Shown piece by piece: positions 27,651-37,854 of a stretch of DNA of 64,000 nucleotides. The DNA comes from Candidatus Marinacidobacterales bacterium (lineage in GTDB: Bacteria > Acidobacteriota > Vicinamibacteria > Marinacidobacterales > SMYC01). Position 1 is the first letter of the stretch. Every line of letters begins with the position of its first letter. The position numbers and the translations under genes were made by a program. The notes beneath the pieces were generated by a model, which ran no database searches, was not told the origin of the DNA, and saw only the letters and a list, made by a program, of their open reading frames with translations. Location of the stretch: contig CBDFHB010000001.1 of NCBI GenBank assembly GCA_965247365.1, positions 408,739 to 472,738 of the forward strand, read 5' to 3'.

Positions 27651-29348
27651 TCAATTTCCCCCCAGCCCGGCGGAAAGCTCGTAACTATTCCATAAAGCGT
27701 GGGTAAACGGACTCGGTTGCAAGTTCCGAACTCTCTCGTGAGCCCCCAGGAGCGCGTGCGGCACGACGAGATCGATGACGGGAAGCTGCTCCGCCACGAT
27801 GGTCTGGACCTCGTCGAAGCAAGCTTTCCGGTGCCCGGGATCGAGCGAGCGCATTTGCGCCGTCATGAGCTCGTCGATGCGGGCCTCCCACTCCGTTGCC
27901 GGCGCGGACTGAGATGGATGCCACAGGTGAAGAGACGCGTGGCTCATCCAAAACGCTATCTCGGCGGAAGGGTCCGGATCGGTCGGGGTGATGCCGAGCA
28001 GGGCTGCGTCGTAATCGAAGCTCCCGGTGAGCCGGGCGAGCAGGCTGCTCCCCTCGACGGGACGCGTATGCGCCTGGATTCCGAGGGCAAACAAGTCTTC
28101 CTGGATGAAAGCACCGACGCTTCGGGCGTGGTCCTGGGTCGCGCTGGTGATGATGTCGAAGCGCACGAGTGTTCCCGCCGAATCGACCAGGTGACCGTCT
28201 TCGTCCCAACGAAAGCCCGCCTCTACGAGAAGCTCCCGCGCGCGATCGACGTCGCGCTCGACTGGGGCGAGCGAGGCGTTCTTCCAGAAAGTATTTGCCG
28301 GAGACACCGGCCCCGCCGCAGGCGTCGCGAGCCCCGAATAGACGACGCGGGCCATTCCCGCGCGATCGATCGATAGCGAGACGGCGCGGCGAAACCGCAC
28401 GTCCGTGAACCATCGCTTCTTGTGCTCTTCGATCGGGCTCGCGGGATTCAAGTTGAACCATAGCCTCTCGGAGCGCATGCCGGGCCCGGCATCGATGAGA
28501 CGGAGGGCCTTGCTTTCGGCATGAGCGAGCGCCCCGAAGGCTTCGGCGGCCAAAGGCTCGAGGAGGTCGATGTCTCCCGAGCGAAGCCGGAGGACGCGAG
28601 CGCTACCATCGGGCACGACCTCGAAAACGATCGAGGACAATCTCGGGAAAACCTCCGCCCCGTCGCCAGTTCTCCAATAGAACGGGTTTCGCTCGAGGAC
28701 GATGCGCTGACCCGGCACGTGCTCCCGAAGTCGGAAAGGGCCGAGACCGACGACGTTCTCGGGGGGCGCACCGAGGCCGGTATCGGCGGCAAGTGTGCCC
28801 CGGTCGAGACTCGCCCGGAGTCGATGCTCGGGCAGAATGCGAATACTGTCGAAAACTCGCTCGACGGTCGCCGTCAGCCTCGGAAGCCGGAGGGCTACCG
28901 TCGCAGCATCGAGGACTTCAGGAACGAAAGGTTTGCCGTCGAGCTGCACCGTCTCCGTGAGTTGGCTCGCCGTGCTCTCGTCGTGGAGCACGCGAAAAGT
29001 GAAAGCGACGTCCTCCGCGGTGAAAGGCTCTCCGTCCGAGAACCTCAAACCCGCTCGCAAGTGAAACACGATGCGAGCGCCCGAATCGTCCTTTACGATC
29101 TCCCACGACTCGGCCAGCGCGGGCTCCATCTGCTGCGTCCGCGGATTCAGACGGATCAGGGGCGCGTGAAGCTGATCGGTGACGACGTGGGTCACGTGAT
29201 CGGAGGCGAGTAAACGATTCCAGGTCTGTGGCTCCATGGGGATTGCGACTCGGAGCACGCCTTCGGGCAAGGCCGAGCCCCGCTCTCCCGAACCGCAGCC
29301 CACGCCAGCGAAAAGACATACAGACAGAAGACAGAAGCGCCGCCGCAA
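27651..29348 (-). CDS. ABC transporter substrate-binding protein, family 5 (oligopeptide/dipeptide/nickel, DppA/OppA-like).
   Basis: Signal peptide MRRRFCLLSVCLFAGVGC and an SBP_bac_5 fold of about 565 aa. Confidence 0.85.
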   Translation of the reverse strand: MRRRFCLLSVCLFAGVGCGSGERGSALPEGVLRVAIPMEPQTWNRLLASDHVTHVVTDQLHAPLIRLNPRTQQMEPALAESWEIVKDDSGARIVFHLRAGLRFSDGEPFTAEDVAFTFRVLHDESTASQLTETVQLDGKPFVPEVLDAATVALRLPRLTATVERVFDSIRILPEHRLRASLDRGTLAADTGLGAPPENVVGLGPFRLREHVPGQRIVLERNPFYWRTGDGAEVFPRLSSIVFEVVPDGSARVLRLRSGDIDLLEPLAAEAFGALAHAESKALRLIDAGPGMRSERLWFNLNPASPIEEHKKRWFTDVRFRRAVSLSIDRAGMARVVYSGLATPAAGPVSPANTFWKNASLAPVERDVDRARELLVEAGFRWDEDGHLVDSAGTLVRFDIITSATQDHARSVGAFIQEDLFALGIQAHTRPVEGSSLLARLTGSFDYDAALLGITPTDPDPSAEIAFWMSHASLHLWHPSQSAPATEWEARIDELMTAQMRSLDPGHRKACFDEVQTIVAEQLPVIDLVVPHALLGAHERVRNLQPSPFTHALWNSYELSAGLGGN

Positions 29349-29437
29349 GGCTGTTTTCCTATTTCGTTTAGAAAGGTAACGTTGCGGGCCATGCTACCAC
29401 TCTTGTCAAGGATCGAGCGCGGTTCTATAGTGGTCTG

Positions 29438-30271
29438 TTGAGGACCATGGAAACCTTCATCAACGCACTCACGATCCTCCTGCCGAGCCTCTACGCGCTG
29501 CTATGGGCGGACTACGCCCTGCTCTTTTTCCGGAACGATCCTTTCGCGGAAAGGACGGCGCCCCACTTGCTGCGTTTGACGGTAGGACTCCACGCTCTGC
29601 TTCTCGTCCTCCGCACGATCGAGTATCACCACTTTCCGATTGCGACGCTCTTCGAAGCTTTCTCGGTGCTCGCGTTCTCGGTGATCGTCCTCTACCTCCT
29701 GATCGAGCTGCGCATCGGCGTCCGTACAACCGGGTTTTTCATCGTCGGCATCGTATTCGCCTTTCAGCTCATCTCATCCGCCGTGGTCGAGCCCTCGCGG
29801 GGCTTCAGCGATCTCTTGCGGGAGCCGATCTTCATGGTCCACGTTGCCACGGCGCTGCTCGGCTATTCTGGTATGGCGATTTCCGCCGTTTATGGCGTCC
29901 TCTACCTGATGCTCTTCTACGACATCAAGAAGCAGCGCTTCGGGCTCATTTACAAACAGCTCCCCTCGCTCGAGGTCATGGCGAGCTTCACGCATCGCTC
30001 CGCCACGCTCGGCCTCGCCTTTCTCACCGTCGCGATGGTCCTCGGGCTGCTGCTCTTGTGGAAGGTCTACGGAACGTACTGGAGCTGGGACCCGAAGCTC
30101 ATGATCACCTTCATCGCCTGGCTCATCTACGGCCTGGCCGTGGGAGCGAGTCGGTTCTGGGGCTGGTCCGCGAAACGGATCGCTTTCACCTCTATCGCCG
30201 GCTTCGCCGTCATTCTCTTCTCTCTCGTTGTCGTCAACCTCGTCTTCACCGGATTCCACGCCTTCGTCTGA
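29438..30271 (+). CDS. hemX: Cytochrome-c-assembly-family membrane protein (CcsA/ResC/HemX-like) at the head of the hemA operon.
   Basis: Eight TM helices and the motif YWSWDPK. At 277 aa and immediately upstream of hemA, it matches the Bacillus hemAXCDBL HemX. Confidence 0.7.
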   Translation: MRTMETFINALTILLPSLYALLWADYALLFFRNDPFAERTAPHLLRLTVGLHALLLVLRTIEYHHFPIATLFEAFSVLAFSVIVLYLLIELRIGVRTTGFFIVGIVFAFQLISSAVVEPSRGFSDLLREPIFMVHVATALLGYSGMAISAVYGVLYLMLFYDIKKQRFGLIYKQLPSLEVMASFTHRSATLGLAFLTVAMVLGLLLLWKVYGTYWSWDPKLMITFIAWLIYGLAVGASRFWGWSAKRIAFTSIAGFAVILFSLVVVNLVFTGFHAFV

Positions 30272-30278
30272 GCACGTC

Positions 30279-31571
30279 ATGGATCTGATCGTCGTCGGCA
30301 TGAATCATCGCACCGCACCGCTGGAAGTGCGTGAACGCGTCGCCTTCACCGAGGACGAGATTCGAGAGATCCTGGAGCGCGCGAAACACGGGGAGACCCT
30401 GGCCGAAGCGATCTTGCTCTCGACGTGCAACCGGACCGAGTTCTACGGGCTTTCCAACGACAATGGCGCCGCGGAGATGTACATCCGGGAGCTTATCGCC
30501 AAGAAGAAGGACATCGACCTCGCGGCGCACCCCGGCTACGCCTATACACTCACGCAGTACGAGTCAGTCCGCCACCTCCTCCGAGTGACGGCTGGGCTCG
30601 ATTCGCTCATTCTCGGAGAATCTCAAATTCTGGGCCAGGTGCGGCGCGCCCACGAGCTTTCGCTCGAGAGCCACGCATGCGGGCACGTCCTCGACCGGAT
30701 CCTGCGATCCGCGGTGACCGTGGGAAAGCGAGTGCGCAACGAGACCCAAATCGGCGCGGGCGCCGTTTCGGTCGCGAGCGCCGCCTCGGAGCTCGCCGGC
30801 AAGATTTTCGAGGATCTCGCCACGCATTCCGTGCTCCTCATCGGAGTCGGTGAGATGGGGGCCCTCACGGCACGCCACATGATCGAGCGTGGGGTCAAGA
30901 AGCTCACCATCGCGAATCGAACGTTCAGCAAGGCCGAGGAGCTCGCGCGCTCGCTCGGTGGAACAGCCTTGCCGCTCGATCGGATCGAGGAAGCTCTCGC
31001 CACCGCCGCCATCGTCATCAGCTCGACCGGAGCGACTTCGCCCATCGTCGACCAGAGGACGATGCAGTCGATTCTCGGCCGACGTGGCGGACGGCCGATA
31101 TACATCATCGATATCGCCGTACCTCGGGACTTCGAGGCGGCGATTGGAAAGCTCGATGGAGTGTTCCTCCACGTTATCGACGATCTGAACGTGCTCGTCG
31201 ACCGCAACATAGAGAAACGGCGCACCGAGATTCCCAAGGCCGAGACGATCGTCGAGCAGGAGCTCGAGCTTTTCATGAGTTGGAGGAGCTCACTCTCGGC
31301 GACCCCATTGATCAAGAAGATCCGCGAAAGGGTGGAGGAGCTCCGCGCTCAAGAGGTGTCCCGTCACCAGAAGCGCTTTTGCTCGGAGGATCGGGAACAA
31401 CTCGAGCTTCTGACCGAGAGTCTGGTCAAAAAGATACTCCATCCCTTGATGTCCCACGTCCGCGAGTGGAGCGACGAGGGCGATCTCGGCAGCCTGCGGA
31501 TCGACACCCTCTACAAAGCCTTCGACATCGAGCAGCCCGATGAGAACGATCCGCATCGGAAGCCGCGGTAG
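30279..31571 (+). CDS. hemA: Glutamyl-tRNA reductase.
   Basis: MDLIVVGMNHRTAPLEVRERVAF...LSTCNRTEFY (catalytic Cys) and an NADPH-binding Rossmann fold. Confidence 0.92.
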   Translation: MDLIVVGMNHRTAPLEVRERVAFTEDEIREILERAKHGETLAEAILLSTCNRTEFYGLSNDNGAAEMYIRELIAKKKDIDLAAHPGYAYTLTQYESVRHLLRVTAGLDSLILGESQILGQVRRAHELSLESHACGHVLDRILRSAVTVGKRVRNETQIGAGAVSVASAASELAGKIFEDLATHSVLLIGVGEMGALTARHMIERGVKKLTIANRTFSKAEELARSLGGTALPLDRIEEALATAAIVISSTGATSPIVDQRTMQSILGRRGGRPIYIIDIAVPRDFEAAIGKLDGVFLHVIDDLNVLVDRNIEKRRTEIPKAETIVEQELELFMSWRSSLSATPLIKKIRERVEELRAQEVSRHQKRFCSEDREQLELLTESLVKKILHPLMSHVREWSDEGDLGSLRIDTLYKAFDIEQPDENDPHRKPR

Positions 31572-32460
31572 TCGGCTCGCGCTCGTTCAGGCGCGAGGCG
31601 TCATGGAAGCTCTCGCTCCCCACGCGACCGTCGAGCTAGAGATCATTCAGACCCAGGGAGACCGGGTCACCGATCGGCCCTTGAGCCAGGTGGGTGGCTC
31701 GGGTCTGTTCATCAAAGAGATCGAAAAGGCGCTGTTAGAGGAGCGTATCGACCTGGCGGTACACAGCATGAAGGACGTGCCATCCGGCGTCGCCGAGGGC
31801 CTGATTCTCGCGGCGACGACCGAACGCAAAGACCCGAGGGACGCCTTCGTGAGCCTTCGGGCGGAGTCCATCGAAAGCTTGCCTCAGGGAGCAAGGCTCG
31901 CCACCGGGAGTCTAAGGCGCCGATCCCAGCTTCTCGCTGCGAGGCCCGATCTGCAGATCGAGGATCTGCGTGGCAACGTGCCCACCCGGCTCGAGAAGCT
32001 CGACGCATCCGACTGGGAAGGCATCGTGCTCGCCGCCGCGGGACTCGAGCGACTGGGCCTTGCCGACCGCATCAGTAGCCTCATCCCCGTCGAGACGATG
32101 CTTCCAGCCGTCGGACAAGGTGCCCTGGCGATCGAGATTCGGGAAGCGGACGAGACCCTCGGAAAGAGCCTGAAGCGTTTGAACCATTACGCGTCGGAGC
32201 GCGCTATCACTGCCGAGCGAGCCCTTGTCGCGCGGCTCGAGGGAGGGTGCCAAGTGCCAATCGGCGCCTATGCCGCGCTCCACGACGACGTGATTCGGCT
32301 GCGGGGGTTCGTGGGTTCCGTGGACGGCGCGAAGCATTTGAAACAGGAGGTCTCGGGAAGATCCGACCAGGCCGAGAATCTCGGTCTCGAGCTGGCAGGG
32401 CGGATGCTCGAGGCCGGTGCCGCCGAGATCATTCAAGAAGTCGAGGCCTCGCTTGGATGA
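31540..32460 (+). CDS. hemC: Hydroxymethylbilane synthase (porphobilinogen deaminase).
   Basis: MRTIRIGSRGSRLALVQA...GGCQVPIGAYA. Confidence 0.92.
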   Translation: MRTIRIGSRGSRLALVQARGVMEALAPHATVELEIIQTQGDRVTDRPLSQVGGSGLFIKEIEKALLEERIDLAVHSMKDVPSGVAEGLILAATTERKDPRDAFVSLRAESIESLPQGARLATGSLRRRSQLLAARPDLQIEDLRGNVPTRLEKLDASDWEGIVLAAAGLERLGLADRISSLIPVETMLPAVGQGALAIEIREADETLGKSLKRLNHYASERAITAERALVARLEGGCQVPIGAYAALHDDVIRLRGFVGSVDGAKHLKQEVSGRSDQAENLGLELAGRMLEAGAAEIIQEVEASLG

Positions 32461-33217
32461 TGTGCCGCTCAGTGGCAAGCTCATCGTCGTGACCCGACCA
32501 CGACATCAGGCTGGCTCGCTAGCGGAACGGCTCCGGGCGCTCGGGGCGCAAGTCGTCGAAGCTCCGGCGATCCGGATCGAGCCGCTCGAGGACTGGGGGC
32601 CGGTCGATGCCGCCCTCGGTCGTCTCGCGACCTACGATTGGATCGTCTTCACGAGCGTCAACGCCGTAGAAGCGTTTTTCGACCGCCTCGTGGCACTGCT
32701 TCCCACCGAGCTTCGCTTCGCAGCCATCGGACCGGCAACGGCGGAAGCTCTCGTCGGCCGAAGGGTCACACCAGAGGTCGTGCCCGAGCGTTACATCGCG
32801 GAAGACGTCTATCGCGCACTCTCCGAACGAGTCGATCTCGCAGGCAAGAAGTTTCTCCTTCCCCGAGCCGACATCGCTCGGGAGGCTTTGCCGCGACTGC
32901 TGAGAGAAGCGGGCGCTGACGTCGACGTCGTCGCCATCTACCGCACCGTTCCGGCGAAAGCGGAAATCGCGCAGGCCGCCGCACTCGTGGCGGAAGGCAA
33001 GGTGGACGTCGTGACGTTTACCTCGGGCTCGACCGTACGAGGCTTCTTCGAAGATGTCGACCCGACGACCTTGGGAGAAAAGCCGCTGCCAGCGAGCATC
33101 GGCCCGATCACGAGCGCTGCGCTCCGCGAGATCGGAGTCTTCCCCCGTATCGAGGCCACGCGCTTCACAACGGAAGGGCTCGTCGAAGCTATCGTCCGTC
33201 ATTTCTCTAAAAACTGA
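32453..33217 (+). CDS. hemD: Uroporphyrinogen-III synthase. Start uncertain: TTG at 32453 or GTG at 32462, just after the hemC stop.
   Basis: [40 protein letters not shown] and the HEM4 fold. Confidence 0.8.
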   Translation: MDDVPLSGKLIVVTRPRHQAGSLAERLRALGAQVVEAPAIRIEPLEDWGPVDAALGRLATYDWIVFTSVNAVEAFFDRLVALLPTELRFAAIGPATAEALVGRRVTPEVVPERYIAEDVYRALSERVDLAGKKFLLPRADIAREALPRLLREAGADVDVVAIYRTVPAKAEIAQAAALVAEGKVDVVTFTSGSTVRGFFEDVDPTTLGEKPLPASIGPITSAALREIGVFPRIEATRFTTEGLVEAIVRHFSKN

Positions 33218-33218
33218 C

Positions 33219-34511
33219 ATGAGCCGAAGCGACGAACTCTACGAAGCATCGCGGCGCGTTCTGCCTGGTGGCGTCAACTCACCAGTGCGGGCGTTTCGCG
33301 GCATCGACGTCGCGCCTCGCTTCATCCGCGAAGCGCTCGGCTCACGAATGATCGACGAGGACGGACGCGAGTACATCGACTACATCGGTGCCTACGGGCC
33401 TCTCATCCTCGGTCACCGCCATCCCAATGTCGTCGAGGCCCTCGAAAGGGTCCTCGCTCGAGGTACGAGCTTCGGAGCCCCCACGGCGCTCGAGACCGAG
33501 TTGGCCGAGAAGGTCTGCGGGATGGTGCCCTCGGTCTCGATGGTGCGCATGGTGAGCTCGGGCACCGAGGCGACCCTCTCCGCCATCCGATTGGCTCGCG
33601 CTGCGACGAAGCGCGACGGCATCATCAAGTTCGAGGGCTGCTACCACGGTCACGGCGATTCGTTTCTCATCAAGGCCGGCTCGGGCGCACTCACCATGGG
33701 CATCCCCGACAGCCCTGGCGTCCCAGAGGCTCTCGCATCGCTGACCTCCGTCGCCCGCTTCAACGACAGCGAATCGGTGAGGCGGATCTTCGAAGCGAAG
33801 CCCGACACCATCGCGGCAGTCATCGTCGAGCCCGTCGCCGGGAATATGGGAGTGGTGCCTCCGATTGACGGTTTCCTCGACGCTCTCCGGGAGGTATGCA
33901 GCCGGGAGGGTGCCCTGCTCGTTTTCGACGAGGTCATGACCGGTTTCCGCGTCGCGAGGGGCGGTGCTCAAGGGCGCTACGATGTCACGCCGGATTTGAC
34001 AACTCTCGGAAAAGTGATCGGCGGGGGCCTGCCGGTCGGCGCTTACGGTGGCCGGCGCGATCTCATGGAGCAGATTGCACCCGAAGGAGCGGTCTATCAG
34101 GCCGGAACGCTCTCGGGTAACCCTCTCGCGATGGCGGCGGGACTCGCCCAGCTCGAGACTCTAGATGACGTCAACGCGTGGGAGCGGCTCGAGGAGCGCT
34201 CGGCGCAGCTCGAAAACGGCCTCTGCGGCATCCTCGATGAGATGGGCCTATCGCTCGCGCTTAACCGCGTCGGATCGATGCTGACACTCTTCTTCACGGA
34301 AGACCCCGTGACCGATTTCGAGAGCGCGACCCGATCCGACACCAAGCGCTACGCCCGTTTCTTCCGCAGCATGCTCGATCGCGGGGTGCACCTTCCGCCC
34401 TCGCAGTTCGAAGCCCTCTTCGTGTCGCTCGCCCACGACACCGAAGACCTCGACCGCACGCTCGAGGCAACGCGCCATAGCCTCAAGGCCGCCTTCGACA
34501 CTCAGGTTTAG
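33219..34511 (+). CDS. hemL: Glutamate-1-semialdehyde 2,1-aminomutase.
   Basis: [26 protein letters not shown]..., the PLP lysine region, and class-III aminotransferase architecture. ATG at 33219. Confidence 0.92.
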   Translation: MSRSDELYEASRRVLPGGVNSPVRAFRGIDVAPRFIREALGSRMIDEDGREYIDYIGAYGPLILGHRHPNVVEALERVLARGTSFGAPTALETELAEKVCGMVPSVSMVRMVSSGTEATLSAIRLARAATKRDGIIKFEGCYHGHGDSFLIKAGSGALTMGIPDSPGVPEALASLTSVARFNDSESVRRIFEAKPDTIAAVIVEPVAGNMGVVPPIDGFLDALREVCSREGALLVFDEVMTGFRVARGGAQGRYDVTPDLTTLGKVIGGGLPVGAYGGRRDLMEQIAPEGAVYQAGTLSGNPLAMAAGLAQLETLDDVNAWERLEERSAQLENGLCGILDEMGLSLALNRVGSMLTLFFTEDPVTDFESATRSDTKRYARFFRSMLDRGVHLPPSQFEALFVSLAHDTEDLDRTLEATRHSLKAAFDTQV

Positions 34512-34539
34512 GTTTCGCCAAAAGAAGAAAACGGTCGAC

Positions 34540-34845
34540 CTAGACTTCGACTTCGATCCAGATTCCTCCGTCCTCGATCCGAAGAGGATAGGTCCGCACC
34601 TTGGACAGAGGATTTACGGGAGAACGTCCCGTCTCGAGCTCGAACTGCCATTGGTGCCAAGAACAGACAACGATGCCCCGATCGACACGACCCTCGTGCA
34701 AGGGGGCACCGCGATGAGGGCAGGTCTCGTCGAGCGCGTAGAAGTGGCCGTCGTAGTGGAAAATGGCGATGCGTTTCTCGCCGACGTCGACGGCGAGCGA
34801 CCCGCCCGCGGGGATGTCGCCTACGGAAGCGACTCTATGCTGCAT
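34540..34845 (-). CDS. Rieske [2Fe-2S] domain protein (NirD-like small ferredoxin subunit).
   Basis: CPHRGAPLHEG...CSWHQWQF Rieske CxH...CxxH motifs. Confidence 0.75.
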   Translation of the reverse strand: MQHRVASVGDIPAGGSLAVDVGEKRIAIFHYDGHFYALDETCPHRGAPLHEGRVDRGIVVCSWHQWQFELETGRSPVNPLSKVRTYPLRIEDGGIWIEVEV

Positions 34846-34876
34846 GTTTCCTGTTTTAGTGCTCGCTCCGCTCGCG

Positions 34877-35704
34877 TCAGCCGGCGGCGGTCCGGAGTGC
34901 TTCAAAGCGCTCCTCGGTGATCTCTCGACATCCCAGAGCCGCCGAGCCGGTGCGGTCAGGCCTGTGGAAGTCCGACCCTCCCGTCGCCAGGAGCCCTAGA
35001 TCGGCGGCCAACTTCGCGTATTCCTCGACTTTCGTCTTGGAGTGGTCCTTGTGATAGACCTCGATTGCCTGGAGACCCGTCGATACCATTTCAGGGATGA
35101 GCGCATCGTTGCCGTAGTGGACGGGATGAGCGAGGGACGCAACCCCTTTTGCGCGGCGAATGAGATCGCAAGCGTCCTCGAGGGTCACTTTGTCATAGCC
35201 GACATAGGCTGGTCGATCGTCGGCGAGGAAACGCTCGAAAGCTTCAGCAAGTGTCTTCACGACACCCTTCTCGACAAGCACTTCTGCGACGTGAGGGCGG
35301 CCCACGGTACCGTGGTGCGAGCGTGCGAACACGGCCTCGGGCTCGATTTCTACGCCTTCCCTCGCGAGCTTTGAGACGATCACGTGAATGCGATCGACCC
35401 GTCGCCGTCGCGCCCCGTCAAAGAAACGCTCGAGCCAAGGCTCTTTGTAGTCTACGAAGAGTCCGAGTACGTGAACCGCGGTGTCACCGAAATTGGCGCT
35501 GACTTCCACACCAGGGACGAGATGGATGCCGAGTGACTTCGATACGGACTCAGCCTCGGGGATGCCCTCCAAGGTGTCGTGATCGGTCACCGCAAACGCC
35601 TTGAGCCCCTGCGCTTTCGCCAGGCGCGTCAGCTCCGTCGGCGAGAGGGTGCCGTCCGAGCAGGTGGTGTGCAGGTGCAAGTCGTAGAGGGGCCGTCTTT
35701 CCAT
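34877..35704 (-). CDS. PHP-domain metal-dependent phosphoesterase (TrpH/YciV-like).
   Basis: MERRPLYDLHLHTTCSDGTLSP...FAVTDHDTLEG PHP motifs. Confidence 0.75.
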   Translation of the reverse strand: MERRPLYDLHLHTTCSDGTLSPTELTRLAKAQGLKAFAVTDHDTLEGIPEAESVSKSLGIHLVPGVEVSANFGDTAVHVLGLFVDYKEPWLERFFDGARRRRVDRIHVIVSKLAREGVEIEPEAVFARSHHGTVGRPHVAEVLVEKGVVKTLAEAFERFLADDRPAYVGYDKVTLEDACDLIRRAKGVASLAHPVHYGNDALIPEMVSTGLQAIEVYHKDHSKTKVEEYAKLAADLGLLATGGSDFHRPDRTGSAALGCREITEERFEALRTAAG

Positions 35705-35931
35705 GCTTTCCTTTCCTGAGACAGCGAGCCGTTCATGGTAGGAAACGCCGAGCAAGCTTGTCAACTCGGCGCCGCTTGACACGTCTTTCTCGCGCCGTCT
35801 ATACTTCATGATGTCTGAGTGTTTTGGTCAGGTTTCCCGAACCGTTCCAGTCAGTGGACTTACACCCGAACGGATTGACTCGGGAGTACCGGGCATCTGA
35901 AGCTCGAGAGAGATTTCATGGAGAAGGTCAC

Positions 35932-36255
35932 ATGCTTACACTGAGTCCGCTCGCCGCCACCAAGGTGCAGGAGTTCCTCGAGCAGAACGGACGCCCCGAC
36001 GCAGGTTTGCGCGTTCGGGTCGCCGGCGGAGGATGCTCCGGCTTCCAGTACCAACTTGCGCTCGACGACAATGCCTCGGAGGGCGACGAGGTCTTCGAGC
36101 ACGGTAGCATCAAGCTCTTCGTGGATCCGAGGAGCTACCTCTATCTCGACGGAACCGAGATCGACTACGTCGAGGACATCATGGGCTCGGGCTTCCGGTT
36201 CAACAACCCGAATGCGACCGGCAGCTGCGGCTGCGGTGAGTCGTTTCAAGTCTGA
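35932..36255 (+). CDS. iscA: A-type Fe-S cluster carrier (IscA/ErpA/HesB family). ATG at 35932 with a GGAGAAGG RBS.
   Basis: Three conserved cysteines: RVAGGGCSGFQY...GSCGCGESF. Confidence 0.85.
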   Translation: MLTLSPLAATKVQEFLEQNGRPDAGLRVRVAGGGCSGFQYQLALDDNASEGDEVFEHGSIKLFVDPRSYLYLDGTEIDYVEDIMGSGFRFNNPNATGSCGCGESFQV

Positions 36256-36280
36256 CACCTAGTCCGAAGTCTGAGGTCTG

Positions 36281-36613
36281 TTGCGGCACGGCCGGTATCC
36301 GGGTCGCGCCGCCGCCTACTTGAGCCCTTCCCAAGATCCCGAGGTCGTTTCCGTCACGATCGAGGACCGTCCTTTCCTCGTGCCTAGGGGCGAAGTGCTC
36401 CTCGCATGTATCCAAGATATAGTTAGCTCCAAGACGCCCGTGCTCGGGCGCTTTTGTTGGAGCAACGAGTGTGGCAATTGCGAGATGAGTGTGAGACGGG
36501 CGGAGGAGGTCATGTCGTCCCGGCTCCGAGGGTGCCAAACGCCGGTGGAGGATGGGATGGTGCTCTCGGAACTGACACCGGATCTCAGCTACTGGCTCGC
36601 GAAGATTCGCTAG
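36281..36613 (+). CDS. Small (2Fe-2S)-binding protein (Fer2_4/BFD-like C-x4-C-x2-C). Start uncertain.
   Basis: VSVTIEDRPFLV...GRFCWSNECGNCEM pattern, as in the HcnA/sarcosine-oxidase N-terminal 2Fe-2S domains. Confidence 0.55.
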   Translation: MRHGRYPGRAAAYLSPSQDPEVVSVTIEDRPFLVPRGEVLLACIQDIVSSKTPVLGRFCWSNECGNCEMSVRRAEEVMSSRLRGCQTPVEDGMVLSELTPDLSYWLAKIR

Positions 36614-36632
36614 CGGTCCCAGAAGGGACGCT

Positions 36633-37394
36633 GTGATCCGCGAAGTCACGTCTCTTCTGGCGGGCCACCTTGCCGCGGGCAGTCTTCTCGTGACGGCGGC
36701 GCTGGCTGCTTCGAACCGGCTGCCAATCGGTTTTCTTCGCCTCTGCACCGCGTCGATTGTGGGGGCAGCTCTCCTCGCCGTCGCTGCGGGTATGGATTCG
36801 GGTCGCTTCGCCTGGGCCGTCACGGCCGTCGCGGCGCTCGTTTGGTTCGGGGCGCTCGGGCGAGGACGCGGAGGCGCGGGCACTTTGACGTGGCTCTCGG
36901 CCGCCTGCGCCACAGCCTCGCCGGCTCTCTTCGCCCTACTCTCGGGCGGCCCGACACCATGGCTGAGCCTCGCCGGAAGTCTCAGCTCCGCCACCCTCAT
37001 GGGAGCGGTGACCGTGACAATGATCCTCGGTCATTGGTATCTCGTAGACACGAATCTTTCGATCGCACCCCTCCGAAACGGAGCGCTCTGGCTCTGGATT
37101 GGAGTCTTGGCGCGCTTCTCGGCGGTCCTCGCCGCGTTGTTGTTCGGCGGTTGGGAGATTCTTCATGTGAGCCGCTTCGCCGATATCGTCCTTTCGACCA
37201 ACGGGCTCTTTTTCTTCTTTCGGAGCCTCATGGGCCTCGGCGCCCCGCTTCTACTGGCGGGCTTGATCTGGCAAACGGTGAAAATCCGATCCACTCAGTC
37301 GGCCACCGGGCTGCTCTACGTAGCTCTCATCCTCGTCCTTTTCGGCGAGCTCGTTTCACAGTTTCTCTGGGTCGCGACCGGATACCCCCTATGA
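36633..37394 (+). CDS. Hypothetical polytopic integral membrane protein (about 7-8 TM).
   Basis: Hydrophobic segments throughout; no recognisable motif. Confidence 0.5.
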   Translation: MIREVTSLLAGHLAAGSLLVTAALAASNRLPIGFLRLCTASIVGAALLAVAAGMDSGRFAWAVTAVAALVWFGALGRGRGGAGTLTWLSAACATASPALFALLSGGPTPWLSLAGSLSSATLMGAVTVTMILGHWYLVDTNLSIAPLRNGALWLWIGVLARFSAVLAALLFGGWEILHVSRFADIVLSTNGLFFFFRSLMGLGAPLLLAGLIWQTVKIRSTQSATGLLYVALILVLFGELVSQFLWVATGYPL

Positions 37395-37849
37395 GCAGCA
37401 GCGATCTCGAAGTCGGCTATTTTTGTCGGGAGTGCTCCGACTACAACGTCTACGCAGCCCCTTCGGAATCGCCCGTGATCTGCTCCTATTGTGGAGCTCC
37501 GAACGAATCCTCACCGAGCGAGGCCCTCGCCGCCGGTGGACCCATCGACTCTTGCCCGCAGTGTGGCAATCTCTTCTTCTTTACGCGCAAGGATTTTCCT
37601 CAGCAGCTAGGCTGTGCCGCCGTTACGGCGACGATCGTCTTGTCCTCGCTCGCCTATGCTTTTTGGCACTTCCCAGCAGCGCTCGCCGTTCTCGTCGTGG
37701 CAAGCGCGGCCGACTTCACGCTCTATCACCGGTTAGGGGAAGTCACGGTCTGCTATCGATGCCATACCGAGCTCCGCGGCTTCGAGCTCAATCCGGAGCA
37801 CCGAGCCTTCGACATGCATCGTGCCGAAGAGTACGAACAGGGGACTTGA
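37391..37849 (+). CDS. Hypothetical double zinc-ribbon membrane protein (two CxxC...CxxC ribbons flanking a TM hairpin).
   Basis: CRECS...CSYCG, CPQCG...CYRCH. The ATG at 37391 overlaps the upstream stop (ATGA). Confidence 0.5.
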   Translation: MSSSDLEVGYFCRECSDYNVYAAPSESPVICSYCGAPNESSPSEALAAGGPIDSCPQCGNLFFFTRKDFPQQLGCAAVTATIVLSSLAYAFWHFPAALAVLVVASAADFTLYHRLGEVTVCYRCHTELRGFELNPEHRAFDMHRAEEYEQGT

Positions 37850-37854
37850 GAAAG

